Positions 1 to 12,027 of a stretch of 64,000 nt of DNA are shown here, piece after piece. The DNA is from Octopus vulgaris (lineage: Eukaryota), in NCBI GenBank assembly GCA_951406725.2, contig OX597816.1, forward strand, positions 68,510,001-68,574,000, given 5' to 3'. The notes beneath the pieces were generated by a model. The model was not told the origin of the DNA. It worked only from the letters and a program-made list of their open reading frames with translations, and searched no databases. The translations under genes and the position numbers were made by a program. Every line of letters starts with the position of its first letter. The first letter of the stretch is position 1.

Positions 1-40
1 CCTCTCTGTGTTTAGCCCCTTGTGGGTAGTAAAGAAATAG
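1..40 (+). mobile_element. 3' tail of SINE family A (cut by window edge)
   Basis: ctctgtgtttagccccttgtgggtagtaaagaaata matches the tails at 15210-15247 and 33003-33040. Confidence 0.8.
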
Positions 41-513
41 ATATGATAATAATGAGAGCAACAGCAACGCCCACCGATTGCTGTTTCATAAGAATCCCCT
101 TATTACATTGTTTTTCTATTACAACATAATTTAAGTTACTCCCGATGAAAATTCTAGTCTCATGTCCCTTAACATTCTTATGAACCTGAAGTCTAAATAA
201 TAATTATTTTTCTCCACAACTTCTGGAACACAATAAGCACGTTTAATTTTTATTTGTATTTTACTGGTAAAACAGCTAAACTACTTAATTTACAAACCCA
301 TAAGTGCATATGGAAAATAGTTAGTTTTGCTTGGTATACTGAAAACTCGGTACTTAAATAACTAGTCAACGTATCATAAATATAAATATGATTACATATT
401 GATCAATTTCATACTGAATTCGTTATGCAATAAGAAAATTTTGATTGAAGACCATATACATGCATATATACATACATTCATATGTACGTACATACATACA
501 TGCATACGTGTGA

Positions 514-830
514 AGGCGCGTTGCTTAGCGGTTAGGACATTCGGCTCACAATTGTAAGGTCGTGAGTTCCATTCCCGGCGATGCGTTATGTCCTTGAGCA
601 AGACACTTTATTTCACGTTGCTCCAGTCCACTCAGCTGGGAACAATGAGTTGTACCTGTATTTCTAAGGGTCGGCCTTGTCACACTCTGTGTCACGCTGA
701 ATCTCCCTGAGAACTACATTAGGGGTACACGTGTCTGTGGATTGCTCGGTCTTTTGCACGTTAATTTCACGAGCAAGCTGCTCCGTTGATGGTATCAGCT
801 GGGACCCTCGTTGTCGTAAACGACTGAGTG
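514..830 (+). mobile_element. tRNA-derived SINE family B
   Basis: A-box-like ttgcttagcggttag, B-box-like gagttccattccc, then core gtccttgagcaagacacttt-atttcacgttgctccagt shared with copies at 6231, 29457 and 46936. Confidence 0.8.
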
Positions 831-840
831 CTCCTATTCT

Positions 841-1110
841 CCTATGCATATGTACGCCTACACATATATATATACACACACAATCATGTCTACGCCTGCA
901 GTCAACAATTCTCAACATACTCTCATATATGGATATATAGGTATGTATGCGTACCTATCTATACGTATGCATGTATGTATATATGTATGTATATGGGTAC
1001 ATATGTATGTTTGTAAGTATGCATGTGTATATAAACACATATATATGCATCCATATGTACATACAAACATACATACATGTATATATTATGTATTATGTAT
1101 ATTAGCATAC
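841..1110. repeat. degenerate (TA)/(TATG)/(CA) microsatellite
   Basis: directly visible low-complexity repeat. Confidence 0.9.
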
Positions 1111-1327
1111 TCGTGTCGTCAAGATTATTATCGGCTTTATTTGTTATAGTAAACGGTACATCAAAACGATCAGAAAAACTGATAACTGGCAGCAATGGAG
1201 TAATTATATGTAAATATACACAAATAAATTGCTTAAACTGTCAGACACGTATGTAACGTCTTGGTTGAAAATATTACTGTCCACGTTTTTCTTCCTCCGC
1301 TGTCCGTTGTATGTTGACGTCAACATA

Positions 1328-1428
1328 CTTATTTCTTTACTGCCCACAAGGGCCTAAACACAGAGGGGACAAACAAGGACAGACAAACGGATTAGGTCGA
1401 TTACACGGACCCCAGTACGTAACAGGTG
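1328..1428 (-). mobile_element. SINE family A 3' half
   Basis: reverse complement of family A tail (cccacaagggcctaaacacagaggggacaaacaaggacagac). Confidence 0.75.
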
Positions 1429-1536
1429 CATACTTTATGCACTCACAGTGCATAGGTCGGCACGGAGTTATAGTGCGGCTGAGCAGTAAGCTCCTTTCCA
1501 CACAGCCATACATTCACACACCTCACATATAATATA

Positions 1537-1545
<9 letters not shown>

Positions 1546-1569
<24 letters not shown>

Positions 1570-3266
1570 TGTGTACAGTGCTCAGGTGCACTACAACTCA
1601 TCTAAAGTGTATATATAATCAGGTGAAGTTTCGGCGGATTTCGGAAAGCATGAGGGCCTTAAAATATGCAGTGTCATGGCAGTCAACAACTGACGCAGGC
1701 AGTTTATTCCATGCTTCAGCAACTCTGAGCGTGAAAAAATGTTTCCGAAAGTCATGGGAGCTGTATTGTTTTCTGACTTTGTAGGCATGTCCACGTGTGT
1801 TAGACACATGGAGATCAAAAAGGTGTTCAGTGTTGTTGTTGGTGAGGTGGTTGATAACTTTGTGGGTGTTTACCAAGTCCGTCGCCAAACGCCGGAGCTT
1901 CAGTGAATCCATGCCCAGGGAAACAAGGCGCTCAGAATATGGTAGGTGTCTGATGGAGGGTATGCGTTTGGTTGCACGTCTCTGGACAGATTCCAGGAGG
2001 TCAATGTTCTGTGCAAGATAGGGGTTCCAAACTGATGATGCGAATTCCAAGTGTGGTCGTACCATAGCTGTATACAGTTTTAAATAGATGGCTGGAGAGC
2101 GGCTAACAAAAGACCTGCTGAGTGATGCCAAGACACCCTCGGCCTTCCTGACAATCTTAGAGATATGCTTTGACCAACGCAAATCACTGCTGACAGTGAT
2201 GCCTAGGTCACGCTCGCAAGAGGATTTCTTGATATCAGTGTTGTGGAGGGAGTATGTGAACGCAGGGTTTTTTCTCCCAAAATGCATGGTGGTACACTTG
2301 TCCACAGCCAGTTTCAGTTGCCAGTCTGTGATCCATTGCTGCATTGTGTCTAGGTCTGATTGCAGGAAAGAGTTGTAGACATCAGGATCTGTCCTCTTGA
2401 TTTCAAGGTACAGCTTGATGTCGTCTGCATATTTCAATACTGTGGCATTCTTTAAATTGGCATCTATGTCGTTAATGTATGCCACAAACAAGAGGGGGCC
2501 AAGGACAGATCCCTGTGGTACACCCGATGACATCTCATATGGTGTAGAGTGCTGTCCTAGAACTGTGACTACCTCCTTTCGGCTGAGGATGAAGGATTTC
2601 AACCAGTTAAAAAGGTCATCCCCCACACCCATTGCAGAGAGTTTCACCATAAGCCTTTTGTGTGGCACAGAGTTGAAAGCCTTAGCAAAGTCAAGGTAGA
2701 CAACATCCACCCATGAGCCACTGTCAGTAATCTGAGTAATGTCCTCAAGGAACTCGACAAGCTGGTCACTGCAGCTGGAGTTAGGGACAAATCCATATTG
2801 TGAGGGTCGGATGAGACTGTGAGAGCTCCAGAAGTTCCAGAGTGTTTCTCTGACACACGATTCCATCAGTTTTGCAATACAGCTAGTGAGACTGACTGGG
2901 CGATAGTTGACAGGTGATGTGCGGTCGCCCTTTTTGAACAGAGGAATGACACTGGCAGTTTTCCACTGCTCCGGAGTAGCACCATTGTTGAGACAGTACT
3001 GGAAGAAAATAGAAAGCTGGTGTAAAAGGAAGTGCCTGCCACGTTTGAGAAGCAGGTATGTAACTCCATCGAGACCAGGGGAGGCATAGTTGCGCTTATT
3101 TTGAAGGTGACGTCGCAGCATTGCAGGTGTAAATTCCATAGTTGTTATGGAGTTTGCTGTTAGTGATGGTGAAGATGGTACATTTTGACTTTCAACAGTG
3201 AATATGTTTGCATAGCACTCGGCAATGAGTTCTGCGCATTCCTTGGGGTCGTCAGTGATCTGGTTT
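1546..3266 (-). mobile_element. 5'-truncated CR1-clade LINE with (ATT)n tail
   Basis: RT ORF, short 3' UTR with stem-loop agtgc-acctga-gcact, (TAA)n tract at 1546-1568; 5' end abuts a (CA)n tract. Confidence 0.9.
1619..3265 (-). CDS. LINE ORF2 reverse transcriptase (N-terminally truncated, no endonuclease)
   Basis: NYRPVSLTS, QYGF, YLDFAKAF, GVPQGSVLGPLLF, KYADD, ERDLGI, MVRPHLEFAS and FFTLRVAEAWNKLP motifs; no stop over about 548 codons. The ORF-track N-terminus (3266-3382) is microsatellite read-through. Confidence 0.9.
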   Translation of the reverse strand, partial: NQITDDPKECAELIAECYANIFTVESQNVPSSPSLTANSITTMEFTPAMLRRHLQNKRNYASPGLDGVTYLLLKRGRHFLLHQLSIFFQYCLNNGATPEQWKTASVIPLFKKGDRTSPVNYRPVSLTSCIAKLMESCVRETLWNFWSSHSLIRPSQYGFVPNSSCSDQLVEFLEDITQITDSGSWVDVVYLDFAKAFNSVPHKRLMVKLSAMGVGDDLFNWLKSFILSRKEVVTVLGQHSTPYEMSSGVPQGSVLGPLLFVAYINDIDANLKNATVLKYADDIKLYLEIKRTDPDVYNSFLQSDLDTMQQWITDWQLKLAVDKCTTMHFGRKNPAFTYSLHNTDIKKSSCERDLGITVSSDLRWSKHISKIVRKAEGVLASLSRSFVSRSPAIYLKLYTAMVRPHLEFASSVWNPYLAQNIDLLESVQRRATKRIPSIRHLPYSERLVSLGMDSLKLRRLATDLVNTHKVINHLTNNNTEHLFDLHVSNTRGHAYKVRKQYSSHDFRKHFFTLRVAEAWNKLPASVVDCHDTAYFKALMLSEIRRNFT

Positions 3267-3273
3267 GTATATT

Positions 3274-3276
<3 letters not shown>

Positions 3277-3360
<84 letters not shown>
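3277..3360. repeat. (CA)n(TA)n microsatellite
   Basis: directly visible. Confidence 0.95.
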
Positions 3361-3364
<4 letters not shown>

Positions 3365-4034
3365 GTACACGTGTGTATGCATTTGTGTGTGAATGTGCTA
3401 TTCTTTGCTTGGAAAATGTGTCAGGAAAAGCAAGCATGAAAAAGCGTACTAAAACGAATTGAAGAAAAAAGAAAATGAAAAAAAATATATCTATACAAAT
3501 GTTACGTAAGCAATATTTTGAAATAAAAAAATTGTCTGCAATATTTAGTTTTGTACATTTTTAGTTAGATGTGTGTGAGTTAATGTTGAAGTAAATAGAA
3601 TTTGTGATACAACTTCTTCAGAGCAAATCCAGTAATGTTTGCTTGCATTTAGCGTCTCCTACTGACACTCACTTACACCCCACTTGTTTTATTTTCCCTA
3701 TGCCAGCGTGCCCACCGAGGCAGACATTGCGCTTCATTACATGTAATATATTTATATATATATTTATACATACACGAGCAACACGCCCCCCCCCCCCCCG
3801 TCTAATGACGGTGCTGAGTTGTCAAACATTTAAACCAAACTTTCTCAAAATAGCTTGTCCAACAGTCCCATAAGCCTCCCCTTTGAGAAACACTGATTTA
3901 ACCTAAATTAGAGACACCAGCACAAGAAGAAATAAAGATAGACTTTTTTTCTATTCCAAAGAAAAACGACTTTATTCACTTTATCGATCACATTCTCACC
4001 TGGAATCGATTTTTGTAATTTTTTCAAGACTTAT

Positions 4035-4311
4035 ACACGCCCTGATACCTATTTCTTTATTGCCCACACGCCCTGATACCTATTTCTTTATTACCCACAA
4101 GGGGCTAAACATAGAGGGAACAAACAAGGACAGACATAGGTATTAAGTCGACTACATCGACCCCAGTGCGTAACTGGTACTTAATTTATCGACCCCGAAA
4201 GGATGAAAGGTAAAGTCGACCTCGGCGGAATTTGAACTCACAACGTAACGGCAGACAAAATACCGCTAAGTATTTCGCCCGACGTGCTAACGTTTCTGCC
4301 AGCTCTCCGCC
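4035..4311 (-). mobile_element. full-length SINE family A with 31-bp duplication at the tail
   Basis: minus-strand head ggcggagagctggcagaaacgttagcac, B box gagttcaaattcc, core tttcatcctttcggggtcgataaa; tail duplication 4035-4065/4066-4096. Confidence 0.85.
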
Positions 4312-4329
4312 TTGATACCGTCGGTATCT

Positions 4330-4422
4330 ACATATCAAATTTGAGCGCAATCGGATGGAGAATGCCCGAGATCCTGGAAGACACACACTCAGACAGACAG
4401 AACGGATTTTATGTAATAGATA
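4330..4422 (-). mobile_element. possible Helitron-like 5' end
   Basis: minus strand begins A|TCTATTACATAAAATCCGTTCTGTCTGTCTG, similar in style to the Helitron start at 62641; no matching 3' end identified. Confidence 0.3.
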
Positions 4423-5079
4423 TCATACCTAACATCATTATGTATCATCTATTCGATTATTGAAATGATACCTATTTTACTTTCAGAGTATTGCAAACGC
4501 CTACAAGCAAAGTTTCCTTCCCGTTCTCACAGACAAATAATCTGTCTGTATTATGGAGCGCCAAACAACTAGACAAGTTAAGGAATGCTTGGACAGTATT
4601 TAAATACAGTGTTTCCAGCAATGTCACAGGTGAATTAAAAACATCGAGTCTTGCCATTCACTAGGCGTGTTAGTAATGAGATAAACGATCTTCAACAGTG
4701 GCACGATCTTATTTAACGAACACAATTATTATCAATTGAATAAACACTAGATCGTGGTTTGCGTGGCTCCTATGATAGAAACTAGACGAGATAAACAGGA
4801 CGCCGGTGGTGTTTTGAATTCGGTATGTAAAGAGATGATAATATAATAGCTATTATTATAATAATAACCGCAGCAGAAATAATTAGGATATTTAAACTAC
4901 CACTAAGAACTCTTGTAAATGCTGATTGTATGAATAGACATACAAAGAAAATTATAAACACATTCACAGAGGAGCATGCAAAAAGAAATAAAGTGACACT
5001 TGCTGTTAGTATGAATATTTGTATATACATTTCCATTTATAAAAGAACTATGTGATACGTGTGTGTCTGGATATATATA

Positions 5080-5244
5080 TAGGATTGGCTGTGTGGTAAG
5101 TAGCTGGCTTACCAACCATGTGGTTCCGGGTTCAGTCCCATTGCGTGGCACCTTGGGTAAGTGTCTTCTACTATAGCCTCGGGCCTACCAAAGACTTGTG
5201 AGTGAATTTGGTAGACGGAAACTGAAAGAAGTCCGTCGTATATT

Positions 5245-5304
<60 letters not shown>

Positions 5305-5526
5305 CGTGTGTGTATATGTTTGTGTGTCTGTGTTTGTCCCTTCCACCCCAACATCGCTTGACAACCGATGGTGGAGTGTTTACGTCCCCGTAACTTTAGT
5401 GGTTCGGCAAAAAGAGCGATAGAATAAGTACTAGGCTTCCAAAGAACAAGTCCTGGGGGCAATTTGTTCGACTAAAGGCGGTGCTGCAGCATGGCCACAG
5501 TCACATGACTGAAACAAGTAAAAAGA
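5080..5526 (+). mobile_element. SINE family C (tRNA head, internal microsatellite, conserved 3' part)
   Basis: tggctgtgtggtaag A box, gggttcagtccc B box, internal (TA)n, 3' end tgactgaaacaagtaaaag; same as 27037, 41257 and 59728. Confidence 0.9.
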
Positions 5527-5594
5527 AGCAAAAAAAGAAAAAAGAGTATATATATACGTGTGTGTTTGTGTGTGTATATGTTTGTGTGTGTGTG

Positions 5595-5725
5595 TTTCCG
5601 TCTGCAAACTGCGCTCATACTTGTCGGCCGGGTCCATAGTTGAAGACACTTGCATAGAGTGACACACAATGGCGTTGAACTTGGATTCACGTGGTTGGGA
5701 AACAAACTTCTTATCACACACTTAT
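5595..5725 (-). mobile_element. degenerate SINE family C head
   Basis: tttccgtctg...gaagacacttgc...cttatcacaca resembles the family C reverse complement. Confidence 0.55.
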
Positions 5726-6230
5726 ACCTGCATTTATGTGTCTGTGTGTATGTGTGTTGTTTAAATGTTGTTAGGCCTCAGCATTTCATTCATGGAAAGG
5801 TCATTCAAAGACGTAGTGTTAAAATAACTCTATATATGCCCCAAACTAGGCGAAATGAATCACCCTGGAAGTGAACAAGAACGATATATATCGATATTTC
5901 GCTGATAGTTCTACTCATAGGTGCTGTGTAATCGAGTCCACTATCTAAAGGCATTCAAATCGCTGGTCGGAGGGATATCCAAATAGCATATATCCCGTGT
6001 ACTGATGTGCAACAACGCCGCACCGGGAAAACAAAATTCTAATTTTAAACTAGAGTCCGCTCTTCTAATGTAAACATCATGGATTTCATATCCCTAATGT
6101 GACACTCCTTTCCTTCAAATACAACACTTAGGTAATACTACGGTAATACTTATGTTATGCAGTTCATTAATAGCGTGCATTTGTTAGTTAAACAAATCCT
6201 GCGATTATAGTAATCCATTGAGGTATCAGA

Positions 6231-6550
6231 AGGCACATGGCTCAGTGGTTAGAGTGTAGAGCTTACGATCGTGAGGTTGTGGGTTCGATTCCCGGAGCGG
6301 ACTGTGTATTGTGTTGTTGAGGAAGACACTATTTCACGTTGCTCCAGTTAACTCAGCTGCAGAAATGAGTTGCGACGTCACAGGTGCCCCTTTGCCTTTT
6401 CCTTGGATAACACTGGTGGCATGGAGAGGAGAGGATGCTATGCATAGGCGACTGCTAGCCTTCCGCAAACAATCTCACCCTTACTTGTGCCTCGGAGGGA
6501 TACTTTCTAGGTACAATCCCGTAGTCATTCATGACCCGAAGGGAGTCTCC
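6231..6550 (+). mobile_element. SINE family B
   Basis: tggctcagtggttag A box, gggttcgattccc B box, family B core; tail shared with the 46936 copy. Confidence 0.85.
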
Positions 6551-8899
6551 TATGAGGATGAATTAAGAATGGAGATTTCTTCTGCCCTATGAAGAAAATT
6601 AGCTCAAATCCTTGCAATAACCCTTCTCCGTGCAATTTCCTTCGTCAGCATTTTTGTGTCGTATTTATACGCGATATATCACTGCTTCCAAACAACAAGT
6701 TTCCCTGCTTGGGAAGGTGGTAGGTTTTCGCATGCTGGTGTAAGGGCTATGTAGGTGTATGCTGAGTGTACATTTTTGTAGTTTAGTAGCAGTCTGGATA
6801 GGGCAGTTGTCAAAGAGAAATAAGTAATTTCAAAGTTATGGTTGCCGAAGTGTATTTTGTATTCTTGTTATTATTGACAAATGATGTCGTATTCAACAAA
6901 CTGCCTGGATATATTCTTCGTAATATCCAATGTGAAAGGTGGATTAAACTATGTTACATTCCTCCTCTCGAGTCTTCACTGACTGTCTGTGTGTCTGTGT
7001 GTATGTGTGTGCGGACGTTTGTGTATGTGCGTTTGTGTGTATGTGTGTGTACGCCATACTCCTCGCTGAAGTGCTTTTCAATTCCGCGTAGATGTAGTCG
7101 AATATATTCATAATCGTGTCCCTGTGAAAACATTCGTATTTGCGTCCTATTTACATACAATCCATATTCAAGTTCTATTCAACTTATTACAGGTACCAAG
7201 TTTGTAAGAAAGCAGAATAATTGAATTAACTGTCTATTCTTGTACGATATAGCACGCTTCTTTGGCTTCCTGTAAGAACGGTCTTTGCTTGGCTTTCAAT
7301 TTAGTGTTATGTCTAAGAAATTCGTGGATATTCATGTTCAAATTTATTACCATACATATTTCTATTAAATACGTTCTAAATCTGGTCATTACAGGACATT
7401 AATTTTGTATGGATTATTAAAACGTCATAATTAGTGTCTGTAGCTATGGTGGAGTACAATTTCTGAGCATATCACATATAAAGAATCCCTCTGGGTTAAC
7501 TACTTCACCCCCATCACAATTATCCATGCAAATATTAGACGAAATGTTGCTACCCTTATTGCTCAAGCAGGAATCACCGTGGTAAAACTGACATGTTTAT
7601 TATTATTTTGATATTTAAATCAATAATAGCAGTTAATTCTCTCACGATATTTAAGAATTTCGGGAGAAACGGCATATAAATGAATGTATAAATGAATATT
7701 TAAATGAATGTATAAATGTTCACAATCTCAAATTAAGTGAATATGCAGCATAGTTTCTTTCCAATGCCATAAAATCATTTAATAATGACTATACTGCGTT
7801 CCGTTGTTCCATTGTCATGGAGTTTGGAAGCTTTGAGAATGTCCTTACTAACAATTCTTAATTCAATTCAGTTTTGGAGAAGTGGATGAGTTCTTGCGTG
7901 CAAACACAAAAGAATTAAAAATATGAACATGTAAATGTCTGTGTAACTGAAACTTCAGGAAATCCGAACAATAATTATTTCCTAAGGAATAAATACAGAA
8001 TAAAATCTGGAAATGGAGTGTTAAATACAGATTTATTTTTTTCCACATGATTTTCATATTATTAGGTTGTTTCGTAACCTGCGTCATGTAGTATTATTAT
8101 TTCCCTATGCAAAATTATACGTAAATGTTTACATCAAAATATATGCTCACAATATACAACACAGTTGTAAACAAAGAAAACCAATTCATCGTATCACCGG
8201 AACATGGTGGCTACATTTACGATTCTACAATAAATGTACACACAAAATTCAACCTTTCTATGTACATTGTATGTAATTTGTTCTGTAATGAGTATCAACA
8301 GCGAAATGGACATATATCGTAATATTCTTTGTAGAAGAATTTCACCTATGAACGCGCCTAAACCAATGAAATGAAAATACACGAAAGAAATTAAAAGAAC
8401 TTGCAATCCTTTATTTAAGCAAAGTAACAGAAGTAGCACAAAATATATCAGAAATATATTACGAAAATAGAAATATTAATTCCGAGATGAGAGAACTCCC
8501 CTGTCTTCAAGAAATAATACATAAATTCTTTTCGACACCTTGTCCACATCTGAACACCTTATTCACTGTTTTTGAAATACCTTTGCATTCTTTAGTGCTC
8601 TGTCATTTTGTTCAAATTAACGATATCTTCCCCATGTCTGAAAATTCAAGGCATATCGATTCAAGTTCAAAAACATGAGATCTAATATAGTTCGTGTGTT
8701 TGTTGCACATTGATGACAGCAAGTCTGGAAGGAGTTTCCCTTATAACAGTCCAACTAGATATATTTGTCATTTGCTACACGATCTGAAAAACGGCAACAG
8801 TTGTAGCTGATACATTTTTCTTTTGCCTTACCATTGGTTTCAGCCAGAGGCTAAGGCCATGCTTGGACACCACCTTTAATGTAATTGGTATTGTTTCCG

Positions 8900-9260
8900 G
8901 CATTGTTTCCGGTGATGTATCAAGTTGGACGGATCTGCTCTTCTTTGTGATCCGCGCAGCGATGTAGGCTCATCCGGTATTTGCGATAAAGATTTGCCCG
9001 AGCCTTCATTGAAAACCTCCACATCTATACGTCGCATAACTCTAACATGTTTTGGTCGAATGTTAAAAAGTTGCGGAATTCAGAAAGCGAGGCTGTTATA
9101 CTATTAGGTCCTTATTCTTCATGGAGAATATGGCGACTTTGATACAACGCAGTGCCTTCCAGTTTGGTGGCCGGTATAGCTCCAAGTTACAAAGTTCAGT
9201 GCTAGATTTTCCAGGACATTCCATACATACATCACTGCAAATCTCTCATGTCGTTTCTCC
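8900..9260 (-). pseudogene. decayed CR1/L2-group LINE C-terminal fragment
   Basis: minus-strand translation RHERFAVMYVWNVLENLALNF...TGRHCVV...IPDEP resembles CR1/L2-group ORF2 C-termini; frameshifted. Confidence 0.5.
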
Positions 9261-9844
9261 GGGTAATATAGCCTAAGTATAATGCAGAAATGATTCGAAC
9301 ATTCGCGAAATATTGCATGAACTGTTGTATGTGCAACTTTCCTAGCTTAAGTACATGAAACCCCGACCTGTCATCGATTGATCTGAAGAAAAAAAAATAT
9401 AAGATCTACACTATCTCATGAGAATTCTTAGACTCGATTGAAGATATATATGAATAAAGACATGTCGACGTCTCTCATGAGATCCGGTTAAGGCTCGAAA
9501 ATCGATTAAGGTCGTTTACAATTTTCCAATATGGGAAATAGATTTCACATTCTTGTATATCTTCAAAATAGCTTTACAGACACCCACACACGCACGCACA
9601 CACAGACACGGACACACAGACAAAGACAAACAGACAAACACACATAGAGACAAACAGATAAAACCATATATCCATGCATATATGCACCAGAAACAACACA
9701 TACAGGGACATCTAGTAAATAGTAAATGTGTTGCTAAGAGTCAGGCAGTTACTCTGTAATGCAATCGTTAACAACATGGCACTCGGGGCGACATTATTAG
9801 TGGGCATGTTCCACATTGACGCTTTTATTTGAAGCCTATAATGT

Positions 9845-9932
9845 CTTTATATATGTGCAAACCTGTATATATATATATATATACATATATAATAAACACA
9901 CACACACACATATATATATGTATATGTATATG

Positions 9933-9963
<31 letters not shown>

Positions 9964-10067
9964 ACATAGATAGATAGGTAGATAGATAGATATAATAAAT
10001 TTAATACGAATATGAAACATATGTACATATATATCAGTGTATATATGCATATATGTATGTACGTATG

Positions 10068-10102
<35 letters not shown>

Positions 10103-10105
10103 ATG

Positions 10106-10153
<48 letters not shown>

Positions 10154-10681
10154 TGTATACATACGTATAAATACGTATATGCATATGTATGTATTATTGT
10201 GCATATATGCATATATATATATATATACTTATATGCACATATATCTGAGTGTCTGTGCAAACGTGCTTATTTGCGTAAATGTGTAGTTGTGTAAGTATAT
10301 ACTTACAGCATCGTGAGTGCTTACGTTATTCTGTTTGGTTTTGAAGATACTCTAAAACTGTTTCGGAAGAATTGGCTTTAAAAGAATGAAAGTATGTGTT
10401 GCTTTATTGATTTTCCTGTCAGTTGAGAATCTATCCATTATTTTAGAAGAGTCGTTAATAAATAGCTACTTTATATATCATCGTAACGTACAATTATCTA
10501 CACCAAATCATTGAAGCTGCATCCGGAATAGATATTAGCATGTGCATACATACGTACATGCATGCATACATTCATAGAGGTAAACACATGAAGATATGCA
10601 TACATACATACATAAAAATAAAATGCACACACACATAAATGTGTATGTATGTATATATATACATATATGTATATGTGTGTA

Positions 10682-10717
<36 letters not shown>

Positions 10718-10766
10718 ATATATATATATACATACATACACATTTATGTGTGTGTGCATTTTATTT

Positions 10767-10808
<42 letters not shown>

Positions 10809-10836
10809 AATATATACATATATGTATATGTGTGTA

Positions 10837-10873
<37 letters not shown>

Positions 10874-11360
10874 ACACATTATATATATATATGCGTACAT
10901 ATGTGTGGGTGTTTATATATATATATATATATATATATCAACATGCATGCGTGTGCGTTTGCGTGTAAATGCATACCAGTAAACTTCCGATAGTAAAGTT
11001 ACGTATCCGTTGGTTGAACATTGTTGATTGACAGCGTTTTTACTAATGTCCTCATAATCCAGAATGAAGAAATGTCGGATGAGATTTCAAATCATGACAG
11101 TTCTATATGTAGACTTTATGTATATACGTGCACACACAAACATACATACATGCATGCACACCTATGCATAGACACACATACACACACGTATGTGCTTATG
11201 TATATAGATATATGATGTATACATGTTGTTCACATTTAGTTAGATTATATGTAGGAAAACATACGCGGTCTGATCAATATGTATCCGGACTGTTGCCATA
11301 GTAACGAAGCTAAAGCACGCAGTGTGAAGCCGCTTATATATACATATATATGTACATATA

Positions 11361-11426
<66 letters not shown>
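9845..11426. repeat. cluster of (TA)n/(TATG)n/(CA)n microsatellites with short unique spacers
   Basis: directly visible. Confidence 0.9.
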
Positions 11427-11429
<3 letters not shown>

Positions 11430-11483
11430 AGGAACGGCCATAATAGGCCATTCACCCACATAATAGGCCATTCACCCACTAGA

Positions 11484-11538
11484 AATCAGGTTAGTTTACC
11501 ATTAAACAATAGATGAAACGGTGCATCGTATAAGAAAT
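11484..11538 (+). ncRNA. 3' half of type I hammerhead ribozyme (truncated copy)
   Basis: tagat-GAAA-cgg-tgca-tcg-TA-taagaaat present, CUGANGA half absent. Confidence 0.7.
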
Positions 11539-11920
11539 TACAGGGTAAATGTTTTTTTTAATTTTCTCCTGGTTTGCGGAATTAATGTTATTTTGCGGTT
11601 GAAGCTTTGGCTGTTATTTCTAGTGGGTGAATGGCCTATTATGGCCGTTCCTTGATTGTGATGTTGAACTTATAAATGGTCTATGACTATTTAATTTTTT
11701 CCCACTAGGTTGCTGGTGGCAAAAAAATTCTACAAAATTTTTTGCCACTCTATATTGATTAATTATGAATTTTCTGGTTAGTTCCGTAATGGAATCGGCG
11801 GCTTATATTTATTTGCTGCCGATAAATTTGGCGCGAGTGCGATGATTTGAAAATTTTAGGTCAGATATTGCCGAGGCAGGGACAGAAGTGCCTCGTGAAA
11901 ATATCTGTTCCGATCTGGCT

Positions 11921-12027
11921 ATTTCTTACTGACGAATCTAAGGGCCTATGGAAGATTGGCTTGATTTAATTTAATCAGGTTAGTTTACCATTAAACAATA
12001 GATGAAACGGTGCATCGTATAAGAAAT
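11921..12027 (+). ncRNA. type I hammerhead ribozyme, predicted cleavage after GUA at 12019
   Basis: stem I atttctta/taagaaat (8 bp), core CUGACGA, stem II atcta/tagat, GAAA, stem III acgg/tcgt with tgca loop, GUA triplet. Confidence 0.88.

Noticed and set aside
3266-3382. N-terminal extension of the 587-aa ORF
   Set aside because: (TG)n/(TA)n read-through; the true LINE is 5'-truncated
4035-4096. Tail followed by ggtat as another SINE A multimer junction
   Set aside because: The same tgatacc occurs beyond the 5' end (4313-4319), so it is explained as target duplication
6600-6800. Possible Penelope GIY-YIG remnant (minus strand, CCLEAVIYRV)
   Set aside because: Too short and frameshifted to support without a profile search
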